Virus record (IMG/VR): IMGVR_UViG_3300006872_000197
Location: 1 to 31,123 of that record
From: a virus
Lineage: Duplodnaviria > Caudoviricetes
DNA length: 31,123 nt
Strand: one strand, 5' to 3'
Below, piece after piece: positions 17,228 to 25,907 of the stretch. Position 1 is the stretch's first letter. Every line of letters starts with the position of its first letter. The notes beneath the pieces were generated by a model. It made no database searches. It was not told the DNA's origin and worked only from the letters and a program-made list of their open reading frames with translations. Position numbers and translations under genes: made by a program.

Positions 17228-17744
17228 CGGCGATTTCCGCCGCGCCGACTTTGCCGACTGGTTCGACTTCTCGCGGCCGGTTCCGGCGAACTATCGCTCC
17301 GCCGACGGCGTGATCGCCGAGGCGGCTGAAAACGTGCCGCGCTTCGATCACGCCGCCGATGGCGGGCCGCTCGGGCTGATCGTCGAGCCGGGTTCGGCGA
17401 TCGGCCGGGGCGACCGCACGGTCCTGCAGGCGGGCGTGCTGGCCGAGGAGGCGGACCGGCCGGCCACGGTGTTCCACGCGATTTCCGGCGAGGCGGGCGC
17501 TGTCGAGCGCCGGGCCTATTACACCCGCGATCCCCGCGCGACGATCAACACGCTGCTCGCCACGGTCGCGCGGCACCGCGCGGTCGGCGTCATCCCTGGC
17601 TATCGCCCCAATCGCGGCGGCTTCGTGCGGTATCGCGGGCTGGTCTGGCTGCTCGCCGGCGGCATCGCCGACGGTGCCGGCCCGATCCCGGCGCTCGACG
17701 GGCGGATCGGCGACGGGATCGACCGTCCGCTGCTCGCCGGCTGA
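17220..17744 (+). CDS. putative head spike/fibre-domain protein
   Basis: FSRPVPANYRSADG...AAENVPRFDH...PLGLIVE resembles the FxRAS..ATY..PRFD..GLLIE virion fibre motif. Confidence 0.55.
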   Translation: MADGDFRRADFADWFDFSRPVPANYRSADGVIAEAAENVPRFDHAADGGPLGLIVEPGSAIGRGDRTVLQAGVLAEEADRPATVFHAISGEAGAVERRAYYTRDPRATINTLLATVARHRAVGVIPGYRPNRGGFVRYRGLVWLLAGGIADGAGPIPALDGRIGDGIDRPLLAG

Positions 17745-18907
17745 TGACGGGACAGCCGCCACCGGTGCTGCCACCGGCCGAGGCAATCGCCTTTTTCCGG
17801 CGCAAGGGCCTGCGCTTCGGCTTTGCCTGGCAGGATGTCTGGCAGGGCGAGCACGGGCCGAGCTTCACCGTCGCCAAGGCGATGACGCGCGATCTGCTCG
17901 AAACGATCCGCGCCGCGGTCGACCGGGCGATCGCCGATGGCGAGACGCTGGACGCCTTCCGGACAGCACTGCGCCCGCTGCTCGAGCAAGCCGGCTGGTG
18001 GGGGCGCCGGACGATGCTCGACCCCGCGACCGGCCGGCACGAGAATGTCCAGCTCGGCAGCCCGCGCCGGCTGAAAACGATCTTCGAGGTCAACATGCGC
18101 ACCGCCTATGCGCGCGGACGCTGGGAACGGATCGAGCGGTCGAAGCGCTTTTTCCCGTTCCTCAAATATGTCTCGGTGCTCGACGGCCGCGAGCGGCCCG
18201 AACATGGCGCCTGGCACGGCACCGTGCTGCCGGTCGATCATGAATGGTGGGACACGCATTTCCCGCCCTGCGGCTGGAACTGCCGCTGCACGGTGCGGCC
18301 GATCTCGCGCACGATGCTGGCGCGCGAGGGGCTGACCGTCACCCGGCGTCCGGCGCGCTTTCCCGACCGGCCCTGGACCAACAAGCGCACCGGCGAAGTC
18401 CATGCGGTCGAACAGGGCATCGATCCCGGCTGGGCCTATCACGTCGGCAAGGCGGGCGACAGCGGCCTTGCCCCGCCGCCTTCCGACGGTGCGCCGCCGG
18501 CGGCGATGACCGCGCTCGATCTGGCCTCGCCAGACCTCGACGGCTTTTTCGCGCCGTTCGGCCTCGACAGCGTGGCCGCGCGCCGGCGCGGGAGAACATT
18601 CACCGACGCCGGCGGCTGGCCGCTATTCGTGTCGGCGGCGATGCTGAGCGATGCCGGCGGCAACCCCGACCGCGCGCTGATCGCCCGTGCGACCGGCGCG
18701 GCGGCGCGGGCCATCGCCGATCCGGTGTCGATCCGCTGGCTGTGGGTGGCGGGGCGCGAGGGCACCGCGCAGCTCGTCCGCCGCTATGTCGGCGACGACG
18801 CCGTAGTCGATATCGGCCGGTTCGGCTGGCGTTTCCGCAGCCGCGGCGAGCCGGGTTTCGAGCGGCTGCGCGCCGCGACCGGCGGGACGCTCGTCTGGTC
18901 GCGCTGA
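17744..18907 (+). CDS. MuF/gp30 head morphogenesis protein with C-terminal extension
   Basis: RRLKTIFEVNMRTAY, RERPEH..WHG, PPCGWNCRC, GIDPGWAY plus about 140 extra C-terminal residues. Confidence 0.9.
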   Translation: MTGQPPPVLPPAEAIAFFRRKGLRFGFAWQDVWQGEHGPSFTVAKAMTRDLLETIRAAVDRAIADGETLDAFRTALRPLLEQAGWWGRRTMLDPATGRHENVQLGSPRRLKTIFEVNMRTAYARGRWERIERSKRFFPFLKYVSVLDGRERPEHGAWHGTVLPVDHEWWDTHFPPCGWNCRCTVRPISRTMLAREGLTVTRRPARFPDRPWTNKRTGEVHAVEQGIDPGWAYHVGKAGDSGLAPPPSDGAPPAAMTALDLASPDLDGFFAPFGLDSVAARRRGRTFTDAGGWPLFVSAAMLSDAGGNPDRALIARATGAAARAIADPVSIRWLWVAGREGTAQLVRRYVGDDAVVDIGRFGWRFRSRGEPGFERLRAATGGTLVWSR

Positions 18908-18923
18908 GCCCGCACAAACGGGT

Positions 18924-18975
18924 CCGACATCTGTCGGGTTAGTGATTGCCGCGCGCGGTGCCAATAGCATCGTCG
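18924..18975 (+). promoter_or_regulatory. putative late promoter with activator dyad CCGAC-ATCT-GTCGG
   Basis: Dyad 18924-18937 followed by GTTAGTGATT; TAGCAT -10-like hexamer at 18965-18970; matches the 8620 site. Confidence 0.7.
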
Positions 18976-20064
18976 ATGACCCGATCGCCCGCCACCGACA
19001 CCGCCTATGGTGCTGCCTCGTTCGAGGTCGGCGGCGCTCCCGACGCGGTTGCAAAGACGATCCAGCTGTTCGCGATCGGCGCGGTTGCCACGCGCAACGG
19101 CAATCCGCCGCGCGTGGTGGTCGCCGATCGCGCGCATGCCGAGGCGATCGTTGCCGCCAGCCAGGTACGCGCCGGTTCTACCCAGCTGATGATCGATTAC
19201 GATCACCAGTCTGTGTTCGGGGCGCGCCCCGGTGTCGGCGGCCGTGCGCCGGCGGCGGGCTGGATGACCCGGCTGTTCGCGACCGATGACGGCATCTTCG
19301 CCGATGTCGAGTGGACGCCGGCGGCGCAGAGCCAGCTTGCGGCGCGCGAATATCGCTACATCTCGCCATTCTTTCATATCCAGCGCGGCACCGATCGCGT
19401 GCTGAAGATCATCAATGCCGGTCTCACCAACACCCCCAATCTGGATCTCGCGGCCGTCGCGAGCGCAACGCCTGGAAAGGACCCCGACCAGATGAACATG
19501 TCCCGTATTGCCGAGGCGCTCGGCCTCAGTGCCGACGCTTCCGAGGAGGAAGTGCTCCGCGCGATCGCGGCGATGTCCACGGCTAAAAAGGCGATGACCG
19601 CCGTCGCCAGCGCGATCGATCTTGCCGTCGATGCCGACGGCGCCGCCGTCGCCGGTGCGGTCGCCGCTCTGCGGACGCGTGCCGATGCCGGTCCCGATCC
19701 GGCGAAATATGTGCCGATCGACGCGGTGAACGCGCTGCAGGCCACGATGTCCGATCTCAAGGCGCAGATCGACGTCATCGAGCAGGAGCGCGTCGCCTCC
19801 GCAGTCGATGCCGCGATCGCACAGGGCAAGCTCATTCCCGCGCAGCGCGACTGGGCGGTCGGCCTCGCCACCTCGAACGCCGCCGCTTTCGCCACCTTTG
19901 TCGAAAACCAGCCGGTGCTGGTCCGGCCGGGCACCGAAATGGCCGAAGGCGGCAAGCCCGCCGCCAAGGCCGAAAGGCTGACTGCCGAACAGCAGGCGGT
20001 CTGCAGCGCGCTCGGCCTCGATGAGGCCGTGTTCCTGAAAACGCTCAACGAGGGAGCCGAATAA
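18976..20064 (+). CDS. Mu-like prohead protease I with C-terminal scaffold
   Basis: IDYDHQ, APAAGW, VEWT..A, EYRYISP, AGLTNTPNL motifs; start chosen at ATG 18976. Confidence 0.92.
   Translation: MTRSPATDTAYGAASFEVGGAPDAVAKTIQLFAIGAVATRNGNPPRVVVADRAHAEAIVAASQVRAGSTQLMIDYDHQSVFGARPGVGGRAPAAGWMTRLFATDDGIFADVEWTPAAQSQLAAREYRYISPFFHIQRGTDRVLKIINAGLTNTPNLDLAAVASATPGKDPDQMNMSRIAEALGLSADASEEEVLRAIAAMSTAKKAMTAVASAIDLAVDADGAAVAGAVAALRTRADAGPDPAKYVPIDAVNALQATMSDLKAQIDVIEQERVASAVDAAIAQGKLIPAQRDWAVGLATSNAAAFATFVENQPVLVRPGTEMAEGGKPAAKAERLTAEQQAVCSALGLDEAVFLKTLNEGAE
19492..20064 (+). CDS. nested in-frame scaffold protein (Mu Z-like)
   Basis: Internal AAAGGA SD (19476-19481) and ATG directly after the protease domain; MNMSRIAEALGL..., as for Mu I/Z. 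Confidence 0.65.
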   Translation: MNMSRIAEALGLSADASEEEVLRAIAAMSTAKKAMTAVASAIDLAVDADGAAVAGAVAALRTRADAGPDPAKYVPIDAVNALQATMSDLKAQIDVIEQERVASAVDAAIAQGKLIPAQRDWAVGLATSNAAAFATFVENQPVLVRPGTEMAEGGKPAAKAERLTAEQQAVCSALGLDEAVFLKTLNEGAE

Positions 20065-20474
20065 TGGTCGCACTCACCGAAGCCAAGGGCACCAAGAGCC
20101 GTGACGGCCGCGATTACAGCCGCGCCGTCGCCGCCAACACGCGCATTCTGCAGGGCGCGCTCGTCTGTCTCAACGCCACCGGCTACGCCACCAAGGGCGC
20201 GGTCGCGACCACGCTGATCGCCGACGGCGTCGCTAAGCAGACCGTCGACAACACCGGCGGCGCCGATGGCGCGGTCCGGATCGAGGTCGAGAAGGGCGTC
20301 TTCCTGTTCGCCAACTCGGCCGCGGCCGACGCGATCACGATCGCGGAGATCGGTGACGCCTGCTTCATCGTCGACGACCAGACCGTCGCCAAGACCAACG
20401 GCGGCGCGACGCGCTCAACCGCCGGCACCATCGTCGACGTGGACGCGCTGGGCGTCTGGGTCCGCATTTCCTGA
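20064..20474 (+). CDS. capsid decoration/cement protein
   Basis: Between protease and capsid; VAANTRI.QGALV, DNTGGADG, IVDDQTV, G.IVDV..GVWV. Confidence 0.75.
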   Translation: MVALTEAKGTKSRDGRDYSRAVAANTRILQGALVCLNATGYATKGAVATTLIADGVAKQTVDNTGGADGAVRIEVEKGVFLFANSAAADAITIAEIGDACFIVDDQTVAKTNGGATRSTAGTIVDVDALGVWVRIS

Positions 20475-20493
20475 TCGAAAGGATCACACCGCC

Positions 20494-21387
20494 ATGATCG
20501 TCAATTCGGGTACTCTCAAGACCCTCTTCGTCGGCAACAAGGCCAATTTCCAGCTCGGCCTCGGCCAGCTCGAGCCGCAATACATGCAGATCGCCACCGT
20601 CGTGCCGAGCTCGACGCGCGAGGAGCAGTACGGCTGGCTCGGCAAATCGCCCAACATGCGCGAATGGATCGGCGATCGCGTCATCGAGAGCATCAAGGCG
20701 CACGACTACACCATCCGCAACAAGGATTTCGAGCTCACCCAGGCGGTCGAGCGCAACGACATCCGCGACGACAATCTCGGCCTCTACGGCCCGCTGTTCC
20801 AGCAGATGGGCTGGGCGGTCGCCGCGCATCCCAACCAGCTGGTGTTCGGGCTGCTCAAGGCCGGTTTCGCCACCAACTGCTATGACGGCCAGTATTTCTT
20901 CGACACCGATCACCCGGTGCTCGATGCCGCCGGCGTCGCGCAGTCGGTCGCCAACACCGACGGCGGCGCGGGCGAGCCGTGGTTCCTGTTCGACAGCTCG
21001 CGGCCATTGAAGCCGCTGATCTTCCAGGAGCGCCAGAAACCCGACTTCGTCGCCAAAGATGACATGGACGACGACAATGTCTTCATGAGGAAGCAGTTCC
21101 TCTACGGCATCGACGCGCGCTACAACGCCGGTTTCGGCTTCTGGCAGTATATCTGGGGATCGCGCCAGCCGCTGACCGCCGCCAATTACGCGATCGGGCG
21201 CGCCGCGCTGCTCGGCATGAAGGGCGATTACGGTCGCCCGCTCGGCGTGATGCCTGACAAGCTGCTGACGGGACCGGCAAACGAAGGCGCTGCGCGCAAG
21301 ATCCTCAACAACGAGCTGGGCGCCGGCGGCGAGACCAACGAGTGGAAGGGCACCGCGCAGGTGATGGTGTCGCCATGGCTCGTCTGA
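20494..21387 (+). CDS. major capsid protein (Mu gpT)
   Basis: YGWLG..P.MREWIGDR, CYDGQYFFDTDHPV, KPLIFQER, GFGFWQ; AAAGGA SD. Confidence 0.95.
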   Translation: MIVNSGTLKTLFVGNKANFQLGLGQLEPQYMQIATVVPSSTREEQYGWLGKSPNMREWIGDRVIESIKAHDYTIRNKDFELTQAVERNDIRDDNLGLYGPLFQQMGWAVAAHPNQLVFGLLKAGFATNCYDGQYFFDTDHPVLDAAGVAQSVANTDGGAGEPWFLFDSSRPLKPLIFQERQKPDFVAKDDMDDDNVFMRKQFLYGIDARYNAGFGFWQYIWGSRQPLTAANYAIGRAALLGMKGDYGRPLGVMPDKLLTGPANEGAARKILNNELGAGGETNEWKGTAQVMVSPWLV

Positions 21388-21674
21388 TCACGATCAGCTC
21401 GCGCAGCGCGACCGGCTTTCGCCGGTCGGGGCTGCGTTTCACGCCCGAGCCGCAGACCTTCGACTGCATGGCGTTCAGCCCGCGCGAGCTCGACGCGCTG
21501 CTGGCCGAGCCGGCGCTGATCTGCGTGCTGTCGGACGAGCAGCTCGATCTCGATCCGCCGCCGCCCGAAGCGGACGACAAGGTCGGGTCGGATGACGCCG
21601 CCGCCCCCGCGGAAGAGGAAGTCGACAAGACCAAGCCTGCGGGTCGCGGGCGTCGGTCCGCTCCGGCGGACTGA
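21375..21674 (+). CDS. Mu gp35/HI1506-like protein
   Basis: GFRRSGLRF...LLAEPAL motif after the capsid gene. Confidence 0.7.
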   Translation: MARLITISSRSATGFRRSGLRFTPEPQTFDCMAFSPRELDALLAEPALICVLSDEQLDLDPPPPEADDKVGSDDAAAPAEEEVDKTKPAGRGRRSAPAD

Positions 21675-21684
21675 CAGGGGGGCA

Positions 21685-21709
21685 GGGCCGGCGGCGCCGT
21701 CGCCGGCCC
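21685..21709 (+). other. GC-rich hairpin in the post-capsid intergenic region
   Basis: GGGCCGGCG-7nt-CGCCGGCCC with no U tract. Confidence 0.5.
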
Positions 21710-21755
21710 AAACCTTCGCGACGCGCCAACCAGATGAGGGACGCTGCCCACCGTC

Positions 21756-22184
21756 ATGACCATCGTCTACGCCACCCTCGCCGACATGCAGGCGCGCTTC
21801 CGGGCTGACGACCTCGTCCAGCTGTCCGACTGGGACGATACCGGCGCGCTCGATGCCGCGCGCATCGCCACCGCGATCAACAAGGCGGGAACGATCATCG
21901 ACGGTTATGTCGCAGCCAAATATGGCGATCGCAGCGACCTGCCCGTGCCGCCGCTGCTGACCGAGATCGCCTGCGACATCGCCTATCGCCAGCTGCACCG
22001 CGCCGGCGTGCCGGACGAAGTGATGAAGCGCCACGACGCGGCGATCGCGATGCTGCGCGACATCGCCACCGGCAAGATCCGGATCGACGCCGGCGACATC
22101 GGCGCGGTCCCCGCGCGTCCCGGCGCGATCCTGCGGCGCGGCGCCGACCGCCAGTTCGGCCGCGACCAGCTGGGGAATTATTGA
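21756..22184 (+). CDS. head-tail connector Mu gp36 (DUF1320)
   Basis: YATLADM..RF, IDGYV, ACDIAY, LRDIATGK. Confidence 0.88.
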   Translation: MTIVYATLADMQARFRADDLVQLSDWDDTGALDAARIATAINKAGTIIDGYVAAKYGDRSDLPVPPLLTEIACDIAYRQLHRAGVPDEVMKRHDAAIAMLRDIATGKIRIDAGDIGAVPARPGAILRRGADRQFGRDQLGNY

Positions 22185-22693
22185 TGGTCGCCGCGATCCG
22201 CCTTCGCACCACCGGCCGCCAGCGCGTCGAGCGCGAGATGGGCCGGCTCGCCCGGCGCTTCGGTGACCTCACCGAGCTGATGGAGGCGTTCGGCCTCGCG
22301 CTCGAAAGTTCGACGATCGACCGGTTCGACCGCGAGACCGATCCCGACGGCAATCGCTGGACGCCCAGCATCCGCGCGCGCGAGACCGGCGGCAAGACGG
22401 GCACCGATACGGCCAGGTTCAAGCAGTCGATCACGCACCGCGCCGGCGCGCGCCAGGTGGAGGTCGGCTCCAACGTCGCCTATGCCGGCCCGTTTCATAG
22501 TGGCGCGACGATCCGGGCGCGTTCGGGCGGTCGTCTCAAATTCCGGCTGCCCGGCGGACTGGGGTTCCGCAGCCCGCGCGAAGTGACCATCCCGGCACGC
22601 CCGGTCGTCGGGGTGTCGCGCGATGACGAGGCCGAGCTGCTCGACCTCGCCGGGGTGTTCGCGCGCGACGCCGCGCCGGGGCTGGCGCAATGA
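22184..22693 (+). CDS. virion morphogenesis protein (Mu gpG-like)
   Basis: RF..ETDPDG..W.P, VGSNVAYA, IPARPVVGVS. Confidence 0.85.
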   Translation: MVAAIRLRTTGRQRVEREMGRLARRFGDLTELMEAFGLALESSTIDRFDRETDPDGNRWTPSIRARETGGKTGTDTARFKQSITHRAGARQVEVGSNVAYAGPFHSGATIRARSGGRLKFRLPGGLGFRSPREVTIPARPVVGVSRDDEAELLDLAGVFARDAAPGLAQ

Positions 22694-22905
22694 TCGCGCT
22701 GGCCGGCCTGCTGATGGCGTTCGGTGCGCTCGGCGTCACGATATGGCTGCTCGGCAGCGCGTTCCTGCTGTGGGAAACGCTGACCGATCCCGAGCGCGAA
22801 ACGGTCGATTTCGTGATTGCCCTTGTCTGGCCGGTCGCGACGCTGGTGCTGATCATTGTCGGCCTGGCTGAAATCGCGCTCGAGCGGTGGCGGGGCGAAC
22901 GATGA
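22690..22905 (+). CDS. small two-TM membrane protein
   Basis: 71 aa with two hydrophobic helices; ATGA-coupled on both sides. Confidence 0.65.
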   Translation: MIALAGLLMAFGALGVTIWLLGSAFLLWETLTDPERETVDFVIALVWPVATLVLIIVGLAEIALERWRGER

Positions 22906-23537
22906 TCGCCGCGATCGAAAACGCCATACTGGCGCGGCTCGCGGATGCGGGCGAGAGCGGGCTGCTCGGCTACAGGTTCCGCAGCCTCGAAAGCTATCCC
23001 GAGGATTGGGACGCCTATCTCAAGGACAAGCGCGACTGGAAAGCGCCCGCCGCCTGGGTGGTGTTCACCGGTGCCGACGAGATCATGGAGCTCGACACCG
23101 GGCAGGTGCGGCTGACCGCGCAGTTCGGGCTGGTCGTCGCCGCCGAGAACAAGCGCAACGAGACCGCGACCCGCCACGGCGGGCCGGTCGCGTCGGAGCC
23201 CGGCAGCTATCAGCTGCTGATCGACGCGGTCTCGCTGCTCGCCGGCGCGGATTTCGGCCTCGACATCGACCGGATCGAAATCGGCGTCGTACGCCAGGTG
23301 CGCCCCGTCGCCGCGCTGATCGAGCGCAACGTGTCGATGTTCGCGATCGAGCTGGTCACCGCGTTCGGCATCGTCCAGCCCGACAGCGACGGCGACCCGC
23401 AGCCGTTCACCGCCTTTCACGCCAACTGGGACGTGCCGCCGTTCGGCGGCATCGACGCCGCGCCGGGCACGCCCGGCATCCAGCTTCCCGACGACGTCCA
23501 TGCCGACGCCGTCGACCATGTCGAGCTGCCGCAATGA
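22902..23537 (+). CDS. Mu gp37-like tail terminator (DUF1834)
   Basis: MIAAIENAILARL, PAAWVVF, PGSYQL. Confidence 0.82.
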   Translation: MIAAIENAILARLADAGESGLLGYRFRSLESYPEDWDAYLKDKRDWKAPAAWVVFTGADEIMELDTGQVRLTAQFGLVVAAENKRNETATRHGGPVASEPGSYQLLIDAVSLLAGADFGLDIDRIEIGVVRQVRPVAALIERNVSMFAIELVTAFGIVQPDSDGDPQPFTAFHANWDVPPFGGIDAAPGTPGIQLPDDVHADAVDHVELPQ

Positions 23538-23737
23538 GCGGGCGCACCAACCGAGAGGAGGTGATCCACATCTGCCCGGCCGAGGGACGCCGCATCCGGC
23601 ATCCCGACGGCCGCGTGCTCGACGCGCGGGGCGAAACGCTCAGCCTCAACACCCACTGGCGGCGGCTGATCGCCGCCGGCGACGCGATCATCATGACCGC
23701 AGCGCCGCGTGCCATCCCGAAAGGTAGGAAATCATGA
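23534..23737 (+). CDS. Mu gp38-like protein (DUF2635)
   Basis: PAEGRRIRHPDG..L...GE....HWRRLIAAGD. Confidence 0.8.
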   Translation: MSGRTNREEVIHICPAEGRRIRHPDGRVLDARGETLSLNTHWRRLIAAGDAIIMTAAPRAIPKGRKS

Positions 23738-25200
23738 CGATCAGCTTCAACGCGATTCCGCTCAATCTGCGCACGCCGGGCGCCTATCTCGAATTCGACG
23801 CGCGCAAGGCGACGGGCGGCGTCGCCCAGCTCGCCAACCGCGTGCTGCTGATCGGCCAGCGGCTTGCCACCGGCGCATCGCCGGCGCTGGCCCCGGTCCG
23901 GCTGTTCTCGGCCGACCAGGCGGTGCAGGCGTTCGGGCGCGGATCGATGCTGGCGGGCATGGCGCGCGCGTTCAAGGCCGCCGACAGCTTCTCCGAATGC
24001 TGGGCAATCGCGCTCGACGATCTCGTCGCCGGTACCGCTGCGACCGGGACGATCACCGTCACCGGCCCGGCGACCGCCGCCGGCACGGTTCCGCTGCTGA
24101 TCGCCGGCGCGCGCGTGGCCGTCGGGGTTGCTGCCGCGGCCAGCGCCAACACCGTCGCCGCCGCGATCGCCGCCGCGGTCAACGCCCAGCCCGATCTGCC
24201 GGTGACCGCCGCGGCTGCCGCCGCCGTGGTGACCCTGACCGCGCGGCATAAGGGCACCGCCGGCAACGACATCGATGTCCGCCACAGCTTCTACGACGGC
24301 GAGGCGCTGCCCGCCGGGATCGCGCTGGTGATCGTCGCCATGGCCAATGGCGCGGGCAATCCGGATCACGCCGCCTTGTGGCCGGTGATCGGCGACGAAC
24401 CCTATCGCACGATCGTGCTGGGCGTCGCCGACGCCGCGATCCTCGACAGTGTCGAGGACGAGCTCGACAGCCGCTGGAGTCCGCTCCGGATGATCGAGAG
24501 CTTTGCGTTTGCCGCGCGGCGTGGCACCGCCGGCACGCTGGCCGCGTTCGGCAACGGGCGCAACAGCCAGCTCGTCTCGATCATCGGCACCGGCGTGTCG
24601 CCCAGTCCGAGCTGGGCCTGGGCGGCAAGCTATGCCGGCGTCGTCGGCTATGCCAGCGCGATCGATCCCGCCCGGCCGTTCCAGACGCTGGCGCTTCCCG
24701 GCATCATCGGCCCCGCGCGCGGCGCGCGCTTCACCCGCAGCGAGCGCGAGGCGCTGCTCAACGACGGCATCTCGACCTTCACCGTCGATCCCGCCGGCAA
24801 TGTCGCGATCGAGCGCGCGATCACCACCTATCAGCTCAGCGCCTTCGCGCTCGAGGATATCGCCTATCTCGACGTCAACACGGTGCTGACCCTCCAGTTC
24901 CTGCGCAACGCGGTGCGCGCCCGCATCCTGGCGAAGTTCCCGCGGCACAAGCTCGCCAATGACGATGCGCGCTTCGCGCCCGGCCAGGCGATCGTCACGC
25001 CGCGCATCATCCGCGCCGAGCTGGTCGCGCTGATGCGCGAGCTCGAGGAAGCGGGGCTGGTCGAGGATCTCGACCAGTTCGTCGCCGACCTGATCGTCGA
25101 GCGCGACGCCGGCGATCCCGGCCGCGTCAACGCGCTGATCCCGCCCAACATCGTCAACCAGTTCCGCGTGTTCGCCGCGCGGGTCGAGTTCCGCCTCTGA
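23734..25200 (+). CDS. tail sheath protein (Mu gpL)
   Basis: ISFNAIP.NLRTPGAYLEFD, FGRGSMLA, DPARPFQTL, IERAITTYQ, NQFRVFA. Confidence 0.95.
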   Translation: MTISFNAIPLNLRTPGAYLEFDARKATGGVAQLANRVLLIGQRLATGASPALAPVRLFSADQAVQAFGRGSMLAGMARAFKAADSFSECWAIALDDLVAGTAATGTITVTGPATAAGTVPLLIAGARVAVGVAAAASANTVAAAIAAAVNAQPDLPVTAAAAAAVVTLTARHKGTAGNDIDVRHSFYDGEALPAGIALVIVAMANGAGNPDHAALWPVIGDEPYRTIVLGVADAAILDSVEDELDSRWSPLRMIESFAFAARRGTAGTLAAFGNGRNSQLVSIIGTGVSPSPSWAWAASYAGVVGYASAIDPARPFQTLALPGIIGPARGARFTRSEREALLNDGISTFTVDPAGNVAIERAITTYQLSAFALEDIAYLDVNTVLTLQFLRNAVRARILAKFPRHKLANDDARFAPGQAIVTPRIIRAELVALMRELEEAGLVEDLDQFVADLIVERDAGDPGRVNALIPPNIVNQFRVFAARVEFRL

Positions 25201-25233
25201 GGCGTGCTTGAGAACCCTGAAAGGAGCCTCTGA

Positions 25234-25602
25234 ATGGCCAATCAAAACCGTGTCGTCGGCCAGTGCAGGATCAAGGTCGACGGCGACATCCTCGAAACCG
25301 ACGGCCAGTCGACGCTGGAGATCGGCGGTGCCAAGCGCGAACCGGTGATGGGCGACTATCAGGCCGGCAGCTTCCGGGAATCGACCGAACCGGCCAAGCT
25401 CGAGGTCTCGATCCTCTTGAAGGCGGGCACCTCGCTGTCGGCGATCCGCAGCATCGACAACGCCACCTGTACGATCGAGACCGATACCGGCCAGACATGG
25501 ATCGTGCGCAACGCCTATTGCGCCGAGGTGATCAGCTTCGCCTCGTCCGAGGGCAAGGCGAAGATCGTGTTCCAGGGACCGCCCGCCGAGGAGCTGCTGT
25601 GA
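25234..25602 (+). CDS. tail tube protein (Mu gpM)
   Basis: Follows the sheath; G.C.IKVDG, E.DTGQTW..RNA; AAAGGAG SD. Confidence 0.88.
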   Translation: MANQNRVVGQCRIKVDGDILETDGQSTLEIGGAKREPVMGDYQAGSFRESTEPAKLEVSILLKAGTSLSAIRSIDNATCTIETDTGQTWIVRNAYCAEVISFASSEGKAKIVFQGPPAEELL

Positions 25603-25907
25603 TGGCCGCGCCGGCTGTTCAGACGATCCAGCTCAGACACCCGATCGTCACGGTGTTCCGCGGTCCCGACGGCGAGCGCGAGGAGACGCTGACCACGCTC
25701 CAGCTCAGGACCGCGATCAAGGCGCGGGATTTGCGCGTGACCGACGGCGTGACCGGCGAGATCTCCAAGACGCTGGCGCTGATCGCGCAGCTTGCCGGGA
25801 TCAGCGTGCGCGAGGCCGACGAGCTGTCGATCGAGGACATCGCGGTAATCGGGGAAATTCTGGGAAATCTGCTGCCAGCTGGCCTCCTGACTGGGCCGAC
25901 TGCCTAG
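25602..25907 (+). CDS. tail assembly chaperone (Mu gp41-like)
   Basis: IQLRHPI, KARDLR, DELSIEDI; lies between tube and tape measure. Confidence 0.82.
   Translation: MAAPAVQTIQLRHPIVTVFRGPDGEREETLTTLQLRTAIKARDLRVTDGVTGEISKTLALIAQLAGISVREADELSIEDIAVIGEILGNLLPAGLLTGPTA

Noticed and set aside
21685-21709. Intrinsic terminator
   Set aside because: The hairpin has no + strand U tract, so it is kept only as a structural element
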